The notes under the pieces are model-generated. The model was not told where the DNA came from and ran no database searches. It saw only the letters and a list, made by a program, of their open reading frames with translations. A DNA stretch of 64,000 nt, taken from positions 672,001 to 736,000 of the forward strand of contig CAWGED010000019.1 of NCBI GenBank assembly GCA_963821525.1, written 5' to 3'. This DNA comes from an uncultured Gemmatimonadales bacterium. GTDB lineage: Bacteria; Gemmatimonadota; Gemmatimonadetes; Gemmatimonadales; GWC2-71-9. Every line of letters starts with the position of its first letter. The first letter of the stretch is position 1. The position numbers and the translations under genes are program-made. Positions 54,018-64,000 of the stretch are shown here, piece after piece.

Positions 54018-55497
54018 TCACTTCCGGTTCAGTACCGAATGCCTGCGTCCATAGGTGAAATAGATCAACAATCCGATGAGCATCCAGACCACGAGACGGG
54101 CCCAGGTGTCTTTGGGAAGCGAAATCATCAGGTACCCGCAGAACAGGATTCCGAGCACAGGCACCCAAGGCACCAGTGGAGTCTTGAACGGCCGCGGGAT
54201 GTTCGGGTCGGTGTAGCGCAGCACCAGCACGCCGCCGCAGACGATCACGAAGGCGAGGAGAGTGCCGATCGAAACCAGCTCGCCCAGCAGCCCGATCGGG
54301 AAGAAGCCCGCGATCAGCATCGCGACGATACCGGTCAGGATGCTCGCGATCCAGGGGGTCTGAAACTTGGGATGCACCTTTGCGAACAACGGCGGGAGCA
54401 ACCCGTCCTTCGACATGGTGTAGAAAATCCGGGGCTGCCCCAGCAACATCACCAGGATCACCGACGAGAGGCCGGCGATTGCACCGATCTTGACGATCGG
54501 GCGGAGCCAGGCCAGCCCCGGTCCGGCTGCGTTGATGCCGACCGCGATCGGATCGGGAACGTTGAGCTGGTCGTACTTGACGATGCCGGTGAGCACGAGT
54601 GCCACCGTGATATACAGCACGGTGCAGATGGCGAGCGAGCCCAGGATGCCGATCGGCATGTCCTTTTGGGGATTCTTCGCCTCCTGGGCCGCAGTACTCA
54701 CCGCGTCGAATCCGATGTAGGCGAAGAAGATCACCGCCGCGCCCCGCGCGATGCCCGCCGATGCCGAAATGGCCCGGGTCGGTGGCCGGCGGGATGAAGG
54801 GCACCCAGTTCTCCCGGTTGATGTAGGCCATCCCGAAGGCGATGAAGGCCAGGATCACCGTCATCTTGATGCCGACGATGACGTTGTTGAAGTTGGCTGA
54901 CTCCTTGATGCCGATCACCAGCAGGACCGTTATGAAGAACACGATAAACATCGCTGGGACGTTGATCACGTTTCCCGTCTTGCTCCATCCATGCGCGAAG
55001 AGGCTCCAGAAGTTCCACCACGGCACGTCCGCCGCCACGGTGTGCGTATAGGGCGCTCCGGTGTATTCCGCGGGAATGTTGATCCCCATGTCCTTAAGCA
55101 GCGAGACCGTATAGCCGGACCACCCCACCGCGACCGTGCTGGCCGCGAAGAGGTATTCCAGGATGAGGTCCCAGCCGATGATCCAGGCCACGAATTCCCC
55201 GAGGGTGGCGTAGCCGTAGGTGTACGCCGACCCGGAGATTGGGATCATTGCCGCGAATTCCGCGTAGCACAGTCCGGCGAATCCGCAGGCAACGCCTGCC
55301 AGAATGAACGAGAACACGATGGCCGGACCGGCGTAGGCGGCTGCGGCCTGACCGGTCAGCACGAAAATGCCGGCACCGATGATGGCGCCGATACCCAGCA
55401 GCGTGAGGTTGCCCGCGCCGAGGGCTCGCTTGAGGCTGTGATCGGCCGCGATCGCCTCCTGCAGCGAGGCCACAGTCTTGCGACGGAAGAGGCTCAT
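54018..55497 (-). CDS. APC amino acid permease, copy A (frameshift near 54757)
   Basis: LGIGAIIGAGIF, YAEFA, GSAYTY, FFAYIGFDAVST, GTLLAF. Confidence 0.9.
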
Positions 55498-55527
55498 CGA
55501 CGCTCCGTTAGGAGAGGGTGAAGGACC

Positions 55528-56988
55528 TCAGGCCTGGCGGCGGCCGAGGCGGGAATGGCGGTAACCAAACGTTCCGTACAGTACGAGCCCGATGACGAAC
55601 CAGATGATCAGCCGTTCCCAGGTCCGCCACGGCAGGGAAACCATCAGGTAGAGCGCGGAGAGCGCGCCGGCCGGGGCGGTGAACCAGATGATGGGAGCCT
55701 TGAAGGGTCGGGCCAGTCCGGGCTCCCGGACACGGAGCACCAGAATGCCGATCGAGACGATCACGAAGGCAAGAAGAGTGCCGATCGAGACCAGGCTGCC
55801 CGCTTCCCGAACAGTGAACCAGCCGGCGGGAATCGCGACGGCGAGGCCGGTCACGATCGAAGTGATCCAGGGAGTCTGGAACCTGGGATGCACCTTGTTG
55901 ACCCATTCCGGGAGCAGCCCGTCCCGCGCCATGCTGTAGAACACGCGAGACTGCCCCAGCAACATCACCAGGATGACCGACGAGAGGCCGGCGATCGCGC
56001 CGAGCTTGATGAAGCTCGAGATCCAGCCCAGCCCGGCCCGATCGGCGACGACCGCGATGGGATCGGGCACGTTGAGCTCGGTGTACGGCACGACGCCGGT
56101 CGCGATACCGGAGACCAGGATGTAGAGAACGGTGCAGACGAGGAGCGAGCCGATGATGCCGATCGGCATGTCCCGCTGCGGATTTCGCGCCTCCTGCGCC
56201 GCCGTACTCACCGCATCGAAGCCGATGTACGCGAAGAACACGACGGCGGCCCCGGTCATCACCCCGCTCCAGCCGAAGGCGCCCTTGATGGGAAGACCGT
56301 CGGGACCCACCGTCTGCGGCGGAATGAACGGGTGCCAGTTGGCCGGGTTCACCGCGTGGATCGTGCCGACGATGAAGACCAGCACCACCGCGACTTTCAC
56401 GAAGACGATCACGTTGTTGACGTTGGCCGACTCCTTGATGCCGACCACGAGCAGCGCGGTAATGATCGCGATGATGATGACGGCGGGGAGGTTGAAGACC
56501 GCGGTGACCGTGGTGCCATCTGCCAGCGTGACCGGACTCCCGTGCGCCGCGCTGAGCCTAGCCGGTATATCGATGCCGATGTCATGGAGAAACGACACCA
56601 CGTAGCCCGACCAGCCGATCGCCACGGTCACCGCACCCAGCGCGTACTCCAGGACCAGGTCCCATCCGATGATCCACGCAATGAACTCGCCGAGCGTCGC
56701 GTAGCCGTAGGTGTAGGCGCTTCCCGCCATCGGGACCAGCGACGCGAATTCCGCGTAGCACAAGGCCGCGAACACCGAGGCGAGGCCCGCGATCACGAAG
56801 GAGAGCACGACGGCCGGCCCGGAATTCTGGGCGGCGACGGTGCCGGTCAGCACGAAGATTCCTGTGCCGATGATGGCCCCGATCCCCAACGCCGTCAGGT
56901 TCCAGGGTCCCAACGCCCGCTTGAGACTGTGGTCCGTGGCGGCTTCGGCCTGCAGGTCGGTGACACTCTTGCGGCGGAAGAGGTCCAT
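55528..56988 (-). CDS. APC amino acid permease, copy B
   Basis: Same motifs as copy A; intact 486 aa. Confidence 0.93.
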   Translation of the reverse strand: MDLFRRKSVTDLQAEAATDHSLKRALGPWNLTALGIGAIIGTGIFVLTGTVAAQNSGPAVVLSFVIAGLASVFAALCYAEFASLVPMAGSAYTYGYATLGEFIAWIIGWDLVLEYALGAVTVAIGWSGYVVSFLHDIGIDIPARLSAAHGSPVTLADGTTVTAVFNLPAVIIIAIITALLVVGIKESANVNNVIVFVKVAVVLVFIVGTIHAVNPANWHPFIPPQTVGPDGLPIKGAFGWSGVMTGAAVVFFAYIGFDAVSTAAQEARNPQRDMPIGIIGSLLVCTVLYILVSGIATGVVPYTELNVPDPIAVVADRAGLGWISSFIKLGAIAGLSSVILVMLLGQSRVFYSMARDGLLPEWVNKVHPRFQTPWITSIVTGLAVAIPAGWFTVREAGSLVSIGTLLAFVIVSIGILVLRVREPGLARPFKAPIIWFTAPAGALSALYLMVSLPWRTWERLIIWFVIGLVLYGTFGYRHSRLGRRQA

Positions 56989-57014
56989 GGTTTGCCTCAG
57001 TAGGTGGAGGGAGG

Positions 57015-57100
57015 GCCGTAAGCCGTAAGCCGTCAGGCCGTCAGCTGAAGCCGCCGGCGATCGGCTTATGCCTTTCGCTGACGGCTGATAGCTGACCGGC
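57015..57100. repeat. Inverted heptamer-array element, GCCGTCA family
   Basis: GCCGTAA GCCGTAA GCCGTCA ... GCTGACG GCTGATA GCTGACC. Confidence 0.8.
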
Positions 57101-57105
57101 GCTCC

Positions 57106-58563
57106 TCACACGTTGTAGTTCGGCGCTTCCCGGGTAATCGTCACGTCGTGGGGATGGGACTCTCGCAACCCGGCGCTGGTGATCTGAATCATCTCGACCT
57201 CGCGCTGTAGCTGCTCGATAGTTGCAGCACCACAGTAGCCCATCCCGCTGCGGAGCCCTCCTACCATCTGGAACAGCACGTCGGCCGCCGGGCCCCTGTA
57301 GGGCACTCGGCCCTCGATGCCTTCCGGCACCATCTTGGAAGACGACAGCTCTCCTTCCTGGAAATAGCGGTCCGCGGAACCGTCCTGCATGGCAGAGAGG
57401 CTGCCCATTCCGCGGATCATCTTGAAGCGGCGGCCTTCGGCGAGCACCGACTCGCCGGGACTCTCTTCGGTGCCGGCCAGCATCGAGCCCATCATGACCG
57501 AGGCGGCCCCGGCGGCGAGCGCCTTCACCACGTCGCCCGAGTACTTGATACCGCCGTCGGCGATGACCGGCACGTCGCCCGCCGCCCGGACCGCGTCCAT
57601 CACGGCGGTGACCTGCGGAACGCCCACGCCGGTCACGACCCGGGTGGTACAAATGCTCCCGGGGCCGACTCCGACCTTCACGGCATCGGCGCCGCGCCGA
57701 ATCAGCTCCTTGGCGCCACTCTCGCTCGCCACGTTGCCGGCGATGAGCTGGGCGTCGGGGAAGGCCTGCCGCATGAGATCCAGCGTCTTGAGGACCCCCT
57801 CGCTGTGGCCGTGCGCCGAATCGATCACCAGCACGTCGGCGCCGGCAGCGAGCAGCTCCTTCGCGCGGTCGATTGCCTCGGGAGTTCCGCCCACCGCGGC
57901 GGCGACCCGAAGCCGCCCGTGCTGATCCTTGTTCGAGTCGGGATACTGGCTGCGCTTGAAAATGTCCTTGACCGTGATCAATCCCCGGAGCACACCCTGC
58001 TGGTCCACCACGGGAAGCTTCTCGATCCGGTGCTTGGCCAGAATCCGTTCCGCCTCGTCGAGCCCGGTGCCAACCGGTGCGGTGACCAGCTTGTCCTTGG
58101 TCATCACCTCGCGGACCGGCTGATCGAGATTCCGCTCGAACTGGAGATCGCGATTGGTGATGATGCCGACCAGCTTCCCCGCGGGATCCACGATCGGGAC
58201 GCCGGAAATCCGGAACCGGTTCATCAGCGTGGCGGCTTCGCGCAGGGGACGATCGGGACCCAGCGTGATCGGGTTCATGATCATCCCGCTCTCGCTGCGC
58301 TTTACCCGATCCACCTCCGCCGCCTGGCGGTCGATCGCCATGTTCTTGTGAAGCACGCCGATCCCGCCCGCCCGCGCCATCGCGATGGCCATCTCCGCCT
58401 CGGTGACGGTGTCCATCGCGGCCGAAACCAGCGGAATGTTGAGCGCGATCTTTCGGGTGAGACGACTCGCGACCGAGACTTGCCGCGGGTGAACTGTGGA
58501 GTGCCGGGGGACCAGCAAAACGTCGTCGAAGGTGAGCGCCAGACCAGGACGAATGGTGCTCAT
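57106..58563 (-). CDS. guaB: IMP dehydrogenase
   Basis: [20 protein letters not shown] pair, [26 protein letters not shown]. Confidence 0.98.
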   Translation of the reverse strand: MSTIRPGLALTFDDVLLVPRHSTVHPRQVSVASRLTRKIALNIPLVSAAMDTVTEAEMAIAMARAGGIGVLHKNMAIDRQAAEVDRVKRSESGMIMNPITLGPDRPLREAATLMNRFRISGVPIVDPAGKLVGIITNRDLQFERNLDQPVREVMTKDKLVTAPVGTGLDEAERILAKHRIEKLPVVDQQGVLRGLITVKDIFKRSQYPDSNKDQHGRLRVAAAVGGTPEAIDRAKELLAAGADVLVIDSAHGHSEGVLKTLDLMRQAFPDAQLIAGNVASESGAKELIRRGADAVKVGVGPGSICTTRVVTGVGVPQVTAVMDAVRAAGDVPVIADGGIKYSGDVVKALAAGAASVMMGSMLAGTEESPGESVLAEGRRFKMIRGMGSLSAMQDGSADRYFQEGELSSSKMVPEGIEGRVPYRGPAADVLFQMVGGLRSGMGYCGAATIEQLQREVEMIQITSAGLRESHPHDVTITREAPNYNV

Positions 58564-58637
58564 GCCTTACACGTTCCGAAATGGGTCGGGGGTTCCATCC
58601 TTAAGTCTAGAGGCTGGTTACGGGGTGGGTCAAGGTA

Positions 58638-58723
58638 AGGCGGACGGGAGGCGGATTGGCGGAAGGGGGGATAGGCGGATAGGCGGACACTCCAGTCTCA
58701 CCAGTCCTCCTTCAATCCGCTCC
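58638..58723. repeat. 8-mer array (AGGCGGAT) with weak inverted arm
   Basis: AGGCGGAC, AGGCGGAT, TGGCGGAA, AGGCGGAT, AGGCGGAC ... ATCCGC. Confidence 0.6.
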
Positions 58724-60196
58724 CCTCACGATGTTCTTCCGCCACGCCAGGTAGATCGGAATGCCGAGCGCCACAATCAGAAGACCGAACGCGGAATACT
58801 TCCGTTGCACCGGATCGACCAGCAGAACCACAAGCAGGAAAGCGACCGCGGCCATGTACAGCGCTGGCAGCACCGGATATCCGAAGGCTTTGACCGGCCG
58901 GGGTAGATCAGGCTGGATGACTCGAAAGCGAAACAATGCCAGCGTCGTAAAGAAGTAGAAGAGCAGCGACGCAAAGATGACGTAGGTCAGGAGCTCGCTG
59001 TAGGTGCCGCTCAAACAGAGCAGCATGGCCCAGACCGCCTGGGCTCCAAGCCCGAATACGGGGGTGCGGAAGGTCGGGTGCAGCTCACCAGCCTTCCGGA
59101 AGAAGAGCCCGTCCTTCGCCATGGCGTAATAGACCCGAGGCCCCGCGAGAACCAGCCCGTTCACGCAGCCGAAGGTGGAGAGCATGATCGCGATCGCCAT
59201 GAGCACCGCGCCGATCGGACCGAACATCACCTCGGCCGCCGCGACACCTACCCGATCCTGCGCAGCGTGCTGGATGCCACGCGCGATGGTGTCGACGCCG
59301 TTCGGGTCTCCGTGGAAGGGAAGCAGGTTCAGGTACGCCACATTGGCGAGCACATAGAGCAGCGATACCGTGGCGGTCCCGACCCCGAGAGCCAGCGGCA
59401 GATTTCGCCGCGGATTCTGCACCTCGGCTGCGGCGAAGGTGACGTTGTTCCAGGCATCAGCCGAGAAGAGGCTGCCGACCATGGCGGCGCCCAGCACCGG
59501 GAGCACCGCGAGAGACCAGGAGCCTGTCCCCCAGAAGTTGCTGAAGTTCAACGCCGCGATTTCCGGCCGGCGAAGCACCGTGAGGCCGAGCAGGATCAGC
59601 ACGCTCAACGCACCGACCTTGGCCACGGCGAAGACGGTCTGGATCTGCGCCCCGAGTGTCACTCCGCGAGCATTGAGCACGGTCAGGACCAGAACCACAC
59701 CCACCGCCACGAGCCGCTGGTAGGACACACCGATCTCAATCGGCCCCCCGGGCATCTGCAGGTGACCGAGCGAGAGGAAGACATCGGGGGTAACACCGGG
59801 AATCAGCACGCTCAGGAACTTGCCGAACGCGACGGCGACCGCGGCGATGGTGCCGGTCTGGATTACCGCAAACAGCGTCCACCCGAACAGGAATCCGATC
59901 AGCGGGGAGAGCCCGTCTCGCAGGAAGATGTATTGCCCTCCCGCCTTAGGGATCATCGCCGCGAGCTCGGCATAGGCCAGCGCTCCGGTGACGGTCATGA
60001 GACCGGTGACGACCCAGACGATCATCAGGGCGCCCGGACCCCACGCATCTACCTGCCGCCCGATGTCGGCCGAGACGATGAAGATGCCCGAGCCGATCAT
60101 GGTCCCCACGACAAGCGAGACTGCCGCGAGCGGTCCGATGCCTTCGATGAATTGCTTGGGACCGCGCTCGGTGGCGGGTTCGGCCGTGGTGGTCAT
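58712..60196 (-). CDS. APC amino acid permease (LAT/SteT-like)
   Basis: VGTMIGSGIF, YAELAAMIPKAGGQY, DAWNNVTF, GYPVLP. Confidence 0.9.
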   Translation of the reverse strand: MTTTAEPATERGPKQFIEGIGPLAAVSLVVGTMIGSGIFIVSADIGRQVDAWGPGALMIVWVVTGLMTVTGALAYAELAAMIPKAGGQYIFLRDGLSPLIGFLFGWTLFAVIQTGTIAAVAVAFGKFLSVLIPGVTPDVFLSLGHLQMPGGPIEIGVSYQRLVAVGVVLVLTVLNARGVTLGAQIQTVFAVAKVGALSVLILLGLTVLRRPEIAALNFSNFWGTGSWSLAVLPVLGAAMVGSLFSADAWNNVTFAAAEVQNPRRNLPLALGVGTATVSLLYVLANVAYLNLLPFHGDPNGVDTIARGIQHAAQDRVGVAAAEVMFGPIGAVLMAIAIMLSTFGCVNGLVLAGPRVYYAMAKDGLFFRKAGELHPTFRTPVFGLGAQAVWAMLLCLSGTYSELLTYVIFASLLFYFFTTLALFRFRVIQPDLPRPVKAFGYPVLPALYMAAVAFLLVVLLVDPVQRKYSAFGLLIVALGIPIYLAWRKNIVRGAD

Positions 60197-60204
60197 GGGT
60201 GAAG

Positions 60205-60327
60205 GGGTAGTAGGTGGTAGGTGGTGGGTTGTAGGGAGTCTGGAGCAGGAATTAGGGAGTACGGAGCCAGGCAAGACGACGGACCTCGCCCTTGGCCCCA
60301 CTCCCTACTCCCTACCACCTACTACCT
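60205..60327. repeat. Inverted heptamer-array element, AGGGAGT/AGGTGGT family
   Basis: AGGTGGT AGGTGGT GGGTTGT AGGGAGT CTGGAGC.. ... CCCCACT CCCTACT CCCTACC ACCTACT. Confidence 0.88.
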
Positions 60328-60664
60328 ATTTGGATTTTTCGACCTTCTGCCCGGTCTGCTGCGACGATTCCGCCGCCTTGACCGCTTCGTCTACGACCGC
60401 CTGACCCGCGGCCGCCAGTCCCTTCATGATCCGCGAGGCACTATCCATCACACTGGCGGTACCGCTGATGGCCTGCACCGGCAGCTTGGCGGCGCGCATC
60501 GTGTCTTCCACCGTTTCGGTGATCTTCGCCAGGATGCCTCCCGGCGCCGCGCGCTCCGCGTATTTGCTCTCCAGGAATTCGATGAAATCGAGGATCTGAT
60601 ACGCGCGCTCGTCCGGCAGCGACTCGAGGCGTCGCATGATGCGCTGGCGGAGGAGATCGTTCAT
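60326..60664 (-). CDS. Small helical hypothetical protein (DUF2281-like N-terminus)
   Basis: LESLPDERAYQILDFIEFLESKY. Confidence 0.7.
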   Translation of the reverse strand: MNDLLRQRIMRRLESLPDERAYQILDFIEFLESKYAERAAPGGILAKITETVEDTMRAAKLPVQAISGTASVMDSASRIMKGLAAAGQAVVDEAVKAAESSQQTGQKVEKSK

Positions 60665-60666
60665 GG

Positions 60667-60786
60667 GGTGAACGGTGAACAGTGAACGGTGAACAGGTCG
60701 GAAATCACCGTTGCGCACTCAGCAATTTACTAGCGATTGAACTGGTGGCGTGAGCAGGATCCCGTTCCACCGTTCACCGTCCCCGT
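60667..60786. repeat. Inverted heptamer-array element, GGTGAAC family
   Basis: GGTGAAC GGTGAAC AGTGAAC GGTGAAC ... CCGTTCCA CCGTTCA CCGTCCC. Confidence 0.8.
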
Positions 60787-61783
60787 CTAGCTCCCCAGCC
60801 CCTTCACCACACCGAGCAGCTCAACCACCGGTGTCGGGAGATACTTGCTGGTCGCCGCCTTGATCGTGGCGCGGATGGTCAGCTCCTGCAGCGCATCCAC
60901 GGCGCGGAACTGGTCGAGCTTGCTCTGCGGCACGATGACGTAGACGAAGCCGGGCTCCGGTAGCGGTCCCCGGGTGAGCAGGTAGGACTGGCCCGCGGGA
61001 ATCTCCGGCCTCAGCTCGTCGGCCTTCTGAATGGCGACGAACTGGACCCTCCACTCCACCACCTTGCCGACGAAGCGTGAGGGATTGGCCCGCACTTCCG
61101 CCTGAGAAACGCCGATCAGGATGTCGTTGGTTGCGGGGCGCAGGGCGCTGTCTTTGACCCAAGCCTCGACTTGAATCCTGGTCCACTCCCCTGCTCTGCC
61201 CAGTACCTTCGCCTGCATTCCGGAATCGAGCGAGCCGAGTTCGGCACCTCCTGCAACCGCGGCGAGTGGAATGTTCGCGGGTAACCTCGACCCGATCAGC
61301 GGGAGCCGGGCCACTCGATGGATCCGAGGTGGAGGCCGCCGTGGTTGGCGACAGGCTCTTGCGCGGCACCCACCCCGTCCGCTTCACCCTGGTCCACCCG
61401 CCCTGAGTTCCGACCTTATTGAGCAGAACGCCGGAGGAAAGGCGCGCGATCACAGCGCCGTTCGGGGCCTGCCGGAGATTCTCGCTGGGTTTCTCGGTGA
61501 CGATGAGGTCGAATCCGTCTCGCTTGGTCGGGTCGAGGGAACTGGAGATGACCCATCCATCTATGGTGACTTCGACGGATTCTCCGTCCACTCGTCCGGT
61601 TGCGACCTGAGCCCCGGGCAGCAAGGTACCAATTACCTGACCGCCCGGTGTTTTCGCGAAGCGCAGCTCCGCCGGAACCCGTTGCGTCTGGGCGAAAACC
61701 GGTGTTGCGGCGAGCACGAAAGCGACAACGAGCGAGGCTGGTAGCCGGCCGAGGGCAGGACTAGATTGCGGCGCGTCAAGCAC
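60787..61783 (-). CDS. Exported SH3-like repeat protein (frameshift near 61272; start uncertain)
   Basis: Signal-like FVLAATPVFAQ; three repeats ending DGWV / TGWV / EAWV; C-terminal OB-like segment. Confidence 0.65.
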
Positions 61784-61811
61784 GATCCGATTGTAGAAAC
61801 GATGGAGGGCC

Positions 61812-63374
61812 ATGTCAAACCGACCGGCGCCAAAGGCACCGGTGGTCCTGGTGGTTTTGGACGGCTGGGGGTATCGCCAGGCCCGGGACGGAAACGCGAT
61901 CGAGCTGTCCCGCACTCCCGTATGGCATCGCCTGTGGGAGTCCTATCCCCGTACCCTGCTCGAAGCGAGTGGCCTCGCCGTCGGCCTTCCTGAGGGCCAG
62001 ATGGGAAACAGCGAGGTGGGCCACCTGAACCTCGGAGCCGGCAGGGTAGTGCCGCAGGACCTGGTCCGAATCTCTCAAAGCATTCAGCGCGGGGAGTTCT
62101 TTTCGCTGCCGCCTCTGGTCGAGCTCTGCGCTTCGTTGCGCCAGAGCGGCGGGACCCTGCACATCATGGGTCTGCTGGGCCCGGGCGGAGTCCACGCGAT
62201 TGATCAGCATCTGCTCGCCTGCGTGGAGCTGGGGGTGCGGCACCGGGTTTCCCGCATTGTCATCCACGGGTTCCTCGACGGCCGCGACACTCTTCCCACG
62301 ATCGGCGAGCAGGTCGTTGCCAAGTTGCAGGACGATCTGAAGCGCATCGCTCCCGGCCAGGCCGTCATCGCGACGCTGATCGGGCGCTACTACGCGATGG
62401 ACCGGGACCGGAGATGGGATCGCACCCGGATGGCCTACGACGCCATGGTGCGCGGCATCGGGGTTCGGGCGCAGGATCCGGTGGCCGCGGTGAAGGCCGC
62501 CCTTGCGCGTGGCGAGACCGACGAGTTCGTGAAGCCCATCGTGCTCGAGAAAGACGGGCAACCCGTTGCGACGATCAAGGACAACGACGGGGTGCTGTGT
62601 TTCAACTACCGCAGCGATCGGATGCGCCAGATCGTCCGGGCCCTCATCACCGACCGGTTCGACGGCTTCGATGTCCACGACCGTCCCCGAGTCTCCATGG
62701 TCACGATGACGCAGTACGATCGCACCTTCGCGGTTCCCCAGGCCTTTCCTCCCTTCACCATGGCGAAGATCGTCGCCGAGGTCCTGGCCGACTGCGGGCG
62801 CACCCAGCTGCGTACCGCGGAGACCGAGAAGTATCCCCACGTCACCTACTTCTTCAACGGGGGATACGAGCCGCCGTACAAAGGAGAAGAACGCTCGCTG
62901 GTGCCGTCCCAGAAGGTGGCGACCTACGATCTCGCTCCGGAGATGAGCGCCGCGGGGATCACCGATGTACTGTGCGGCGCCATCGCGAAGAAGAGCCACG
63001 ATTTCATGCTCTGCAATTTCGCCAACGCGGATATGGTGGGACACACCGGAGTGCTGCCCGCGGTCATCAAGGCGGTGGAAACCGTGGACCAGTGCCTGGA
63101 CCGGGTCCTGGCGACCGCGGACTCCGCCGGAGCCACGGTGCTGGTTACGGCCGATCACGGGAACTGCGAGTTGATGATCGACCCCGAGACCGGTGGTCCC
63201 CATACCGCTCACACCACGAATCCCGTGCCCTTCGTTGCCGTGCGGGCCGGGAACAACCCGCTCCGCTCGGGGGGCGCCCTGTGCGATGTCGGACCGACCG
63301 TGCTCGGCCTCCTCGGCCTCGAACAACCCCCTGAAATGACGGGACGAGATCTGCGCCTGAACAGTGCGAAGTAG
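61812..63374 (+). CDS. gpmI: 2,3-bisphosphoglycerate-independent phosphoglycerate mutase
   Basis: LDGWG, GQMGNSEVGH, GRYYAMDRD, AETEKYPHVT, NADMVGHTG, TADHGN. Confidence 0.97.
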   Translation: MSNRPAPKAPVVLVVLDGWGYRQARDGNAIELSRTPVWHRLWESYPRTLLEASGLAVGLPEGQMGNSEVGHLNLGAGRVVPQDLVRISQSIQRGEFFSLPPLVELCASLRQSGGTLHIMGLLGPGGVHAIDQHLLACVELGVRHRVSRIVIHGFLDGRDTLPTIGEQVVAKLQDDLKRIAPGQAVIATLIGRYYAMDRDRRWDRTRMAYDAMVRGIGVRAQDPVAAVKAALARGETDEFVKPIVLEKDGQPVATIKDNDGVLCFNYRSDRMRQIVRALITDRFDGFDVHDRPRVSMVTMTQYDRTFAVPQAFPPFTMAKIVAEVLADCGRTQLRTAETEKYPHVTYFFNGGYEPPYKGEERSLVPSQKVATYDLAPEMSAAGITDVLCGAIAKKSHDFMLCNFANADMVGHTGVLPAVIKAVETVDQCLDRVLATADSAGATVLVTADHGNCELMIDPETGGPHTAHTTNPVPFVAVRAGNNPLRSGGALCDVGPTVLGLLGLEQPPEMTGRDLRLNSAK

Positions 63375-63420
63375 GCGCGCTCGACCCTCAATGCCTCGAG
63401 TCCCCCACTACATTTCGCCG

Positions 63421-64000
63421 ATGCGATTTCGCCTCAGCCTCACGTTTGCGCTGCTGTCCCTGGCGGTCCGACTGGACGCCCAGGTCGGCCATCCGCCCTC
63501 GTCTTCTCCCTACCGCGACATCCTCTACAATATTTCGTTCACGCCTTATGTGGGCTGGATCGGCGGCGACGGGGGAGATATCGGTGTCGGGCCACACGAC
63601 GGCGTCGTATACGGAGCACGCGTCGACTACCGGCTGAGCAACACGCTCTCGCTTGGCGCGAACTTCGAGACCGGAGTGCTCGACCGGTTGATCGTGGACG
63701 CCGACGACCCGGTGGATTCACGGGTGACGGGCCCCGTCTCGCAGCGGCTCAACATGCTTGAGGGAACAGTCCAACTGAACATTACCGGCAAGAAGAGCTG
63801 GCATGGCTTCGCGCCCTTCGTCGGCGGGACTGCCGGTGTGGCCTGGGCGGAGGAGACACCGGCAGATACCAGCGGTTACCGTTTCGGCACCCGGGCGGTG
63901 CTGGCTCCGCTTTTCGGATTCCGGTTCTTCCCGGGCCAGCGCATTCACTTCCGGGTCGACGGGCGCTGGCTCTTCTGGCAGCTCAAGTATCCCAGCTCCT
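63421..64000 (+). CDS. Probable outer-membrane beta-barrel protein, runs off the window end
   Basis: ATG 63421, MRFRLSLTFALLSLAVRLDAQ signal, alternating beta-strands (YGARVDYRL, PFVGGTAGV, FRVDGRW); no stop before 64000. Confidence 0.7.
   Translation, partial: MRFRLSLTFALLSLAVRLDAQVGHPPSSSPYRDILYNISFTPYVGWIGGDGGDIGVGPHDGVVYGARVDYRLSNTLSLGANFETGVLDRLIVDADDPVDSRVTGPVSQRLNMLEGTVQLNITGKKSWHGFAPFVGGTAGVAWAEETPADTSGYRFGTRAVLAPLFGFRFFPGQRIHFRVDGRWLFWQLKYPSS

Noticed and set aside
3161..60786. Repeat arrays as CRISPR
   Set aside because: Units are 7-8 nt, contiguous and degenerate, with no repeat-spacer alternation and no cas genes in the window
1..64000. tRNA, rRNA, IS, integrase or prophage genes
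   Set aside because: None recognisable by eye; intergenic gaps are short and accounted for

Overview
High-GC bacterial chromosomal window, most likely Gemmatimonadota (inferred from gene content: GWxTD protein, BTAD/AAA regulator paired with a Ser/Thr kinase, SigW-like ECF operon). It is mostly core genes: hisC-hisB-hisH-NUDIX-hisF, trpE, maf, dtd, glmM-glmS, a Cys/Met lyase, purD, fpg plus a UvrC/Cho-like nuclease, menG-ubiA/mqnP-ubiX, mrp-nifU-nrnA, three APC permeases, guaB and gpmI. Signalling genes include a PilB/GspE-REC fusion, an FHA-GAF-adenylate cyclase, a REC-HD-GYP protein and a MASE1 kinase. About 14 genes carry single-base frameshifts, including housekeeping ones, which points to long-read indel errors. 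No rRNA, tRNA, CRISPR, transposase or integrase was seen. The most striking unexplained structure is about 14 palindromic elements at gene junctions. Each has two inverted arms made of degenerate 7-nt (sometimes 8-nt) tandem repeats around a unique spacer, and at least six unrelated unit sequences share this architecture. Some arms enter coding sequences or enclose start codons. Also seen: two SigW-type promoter motifs, several candidate leaderless starts, and a duplicated ~99-bp module upstream of a cupredoxin.
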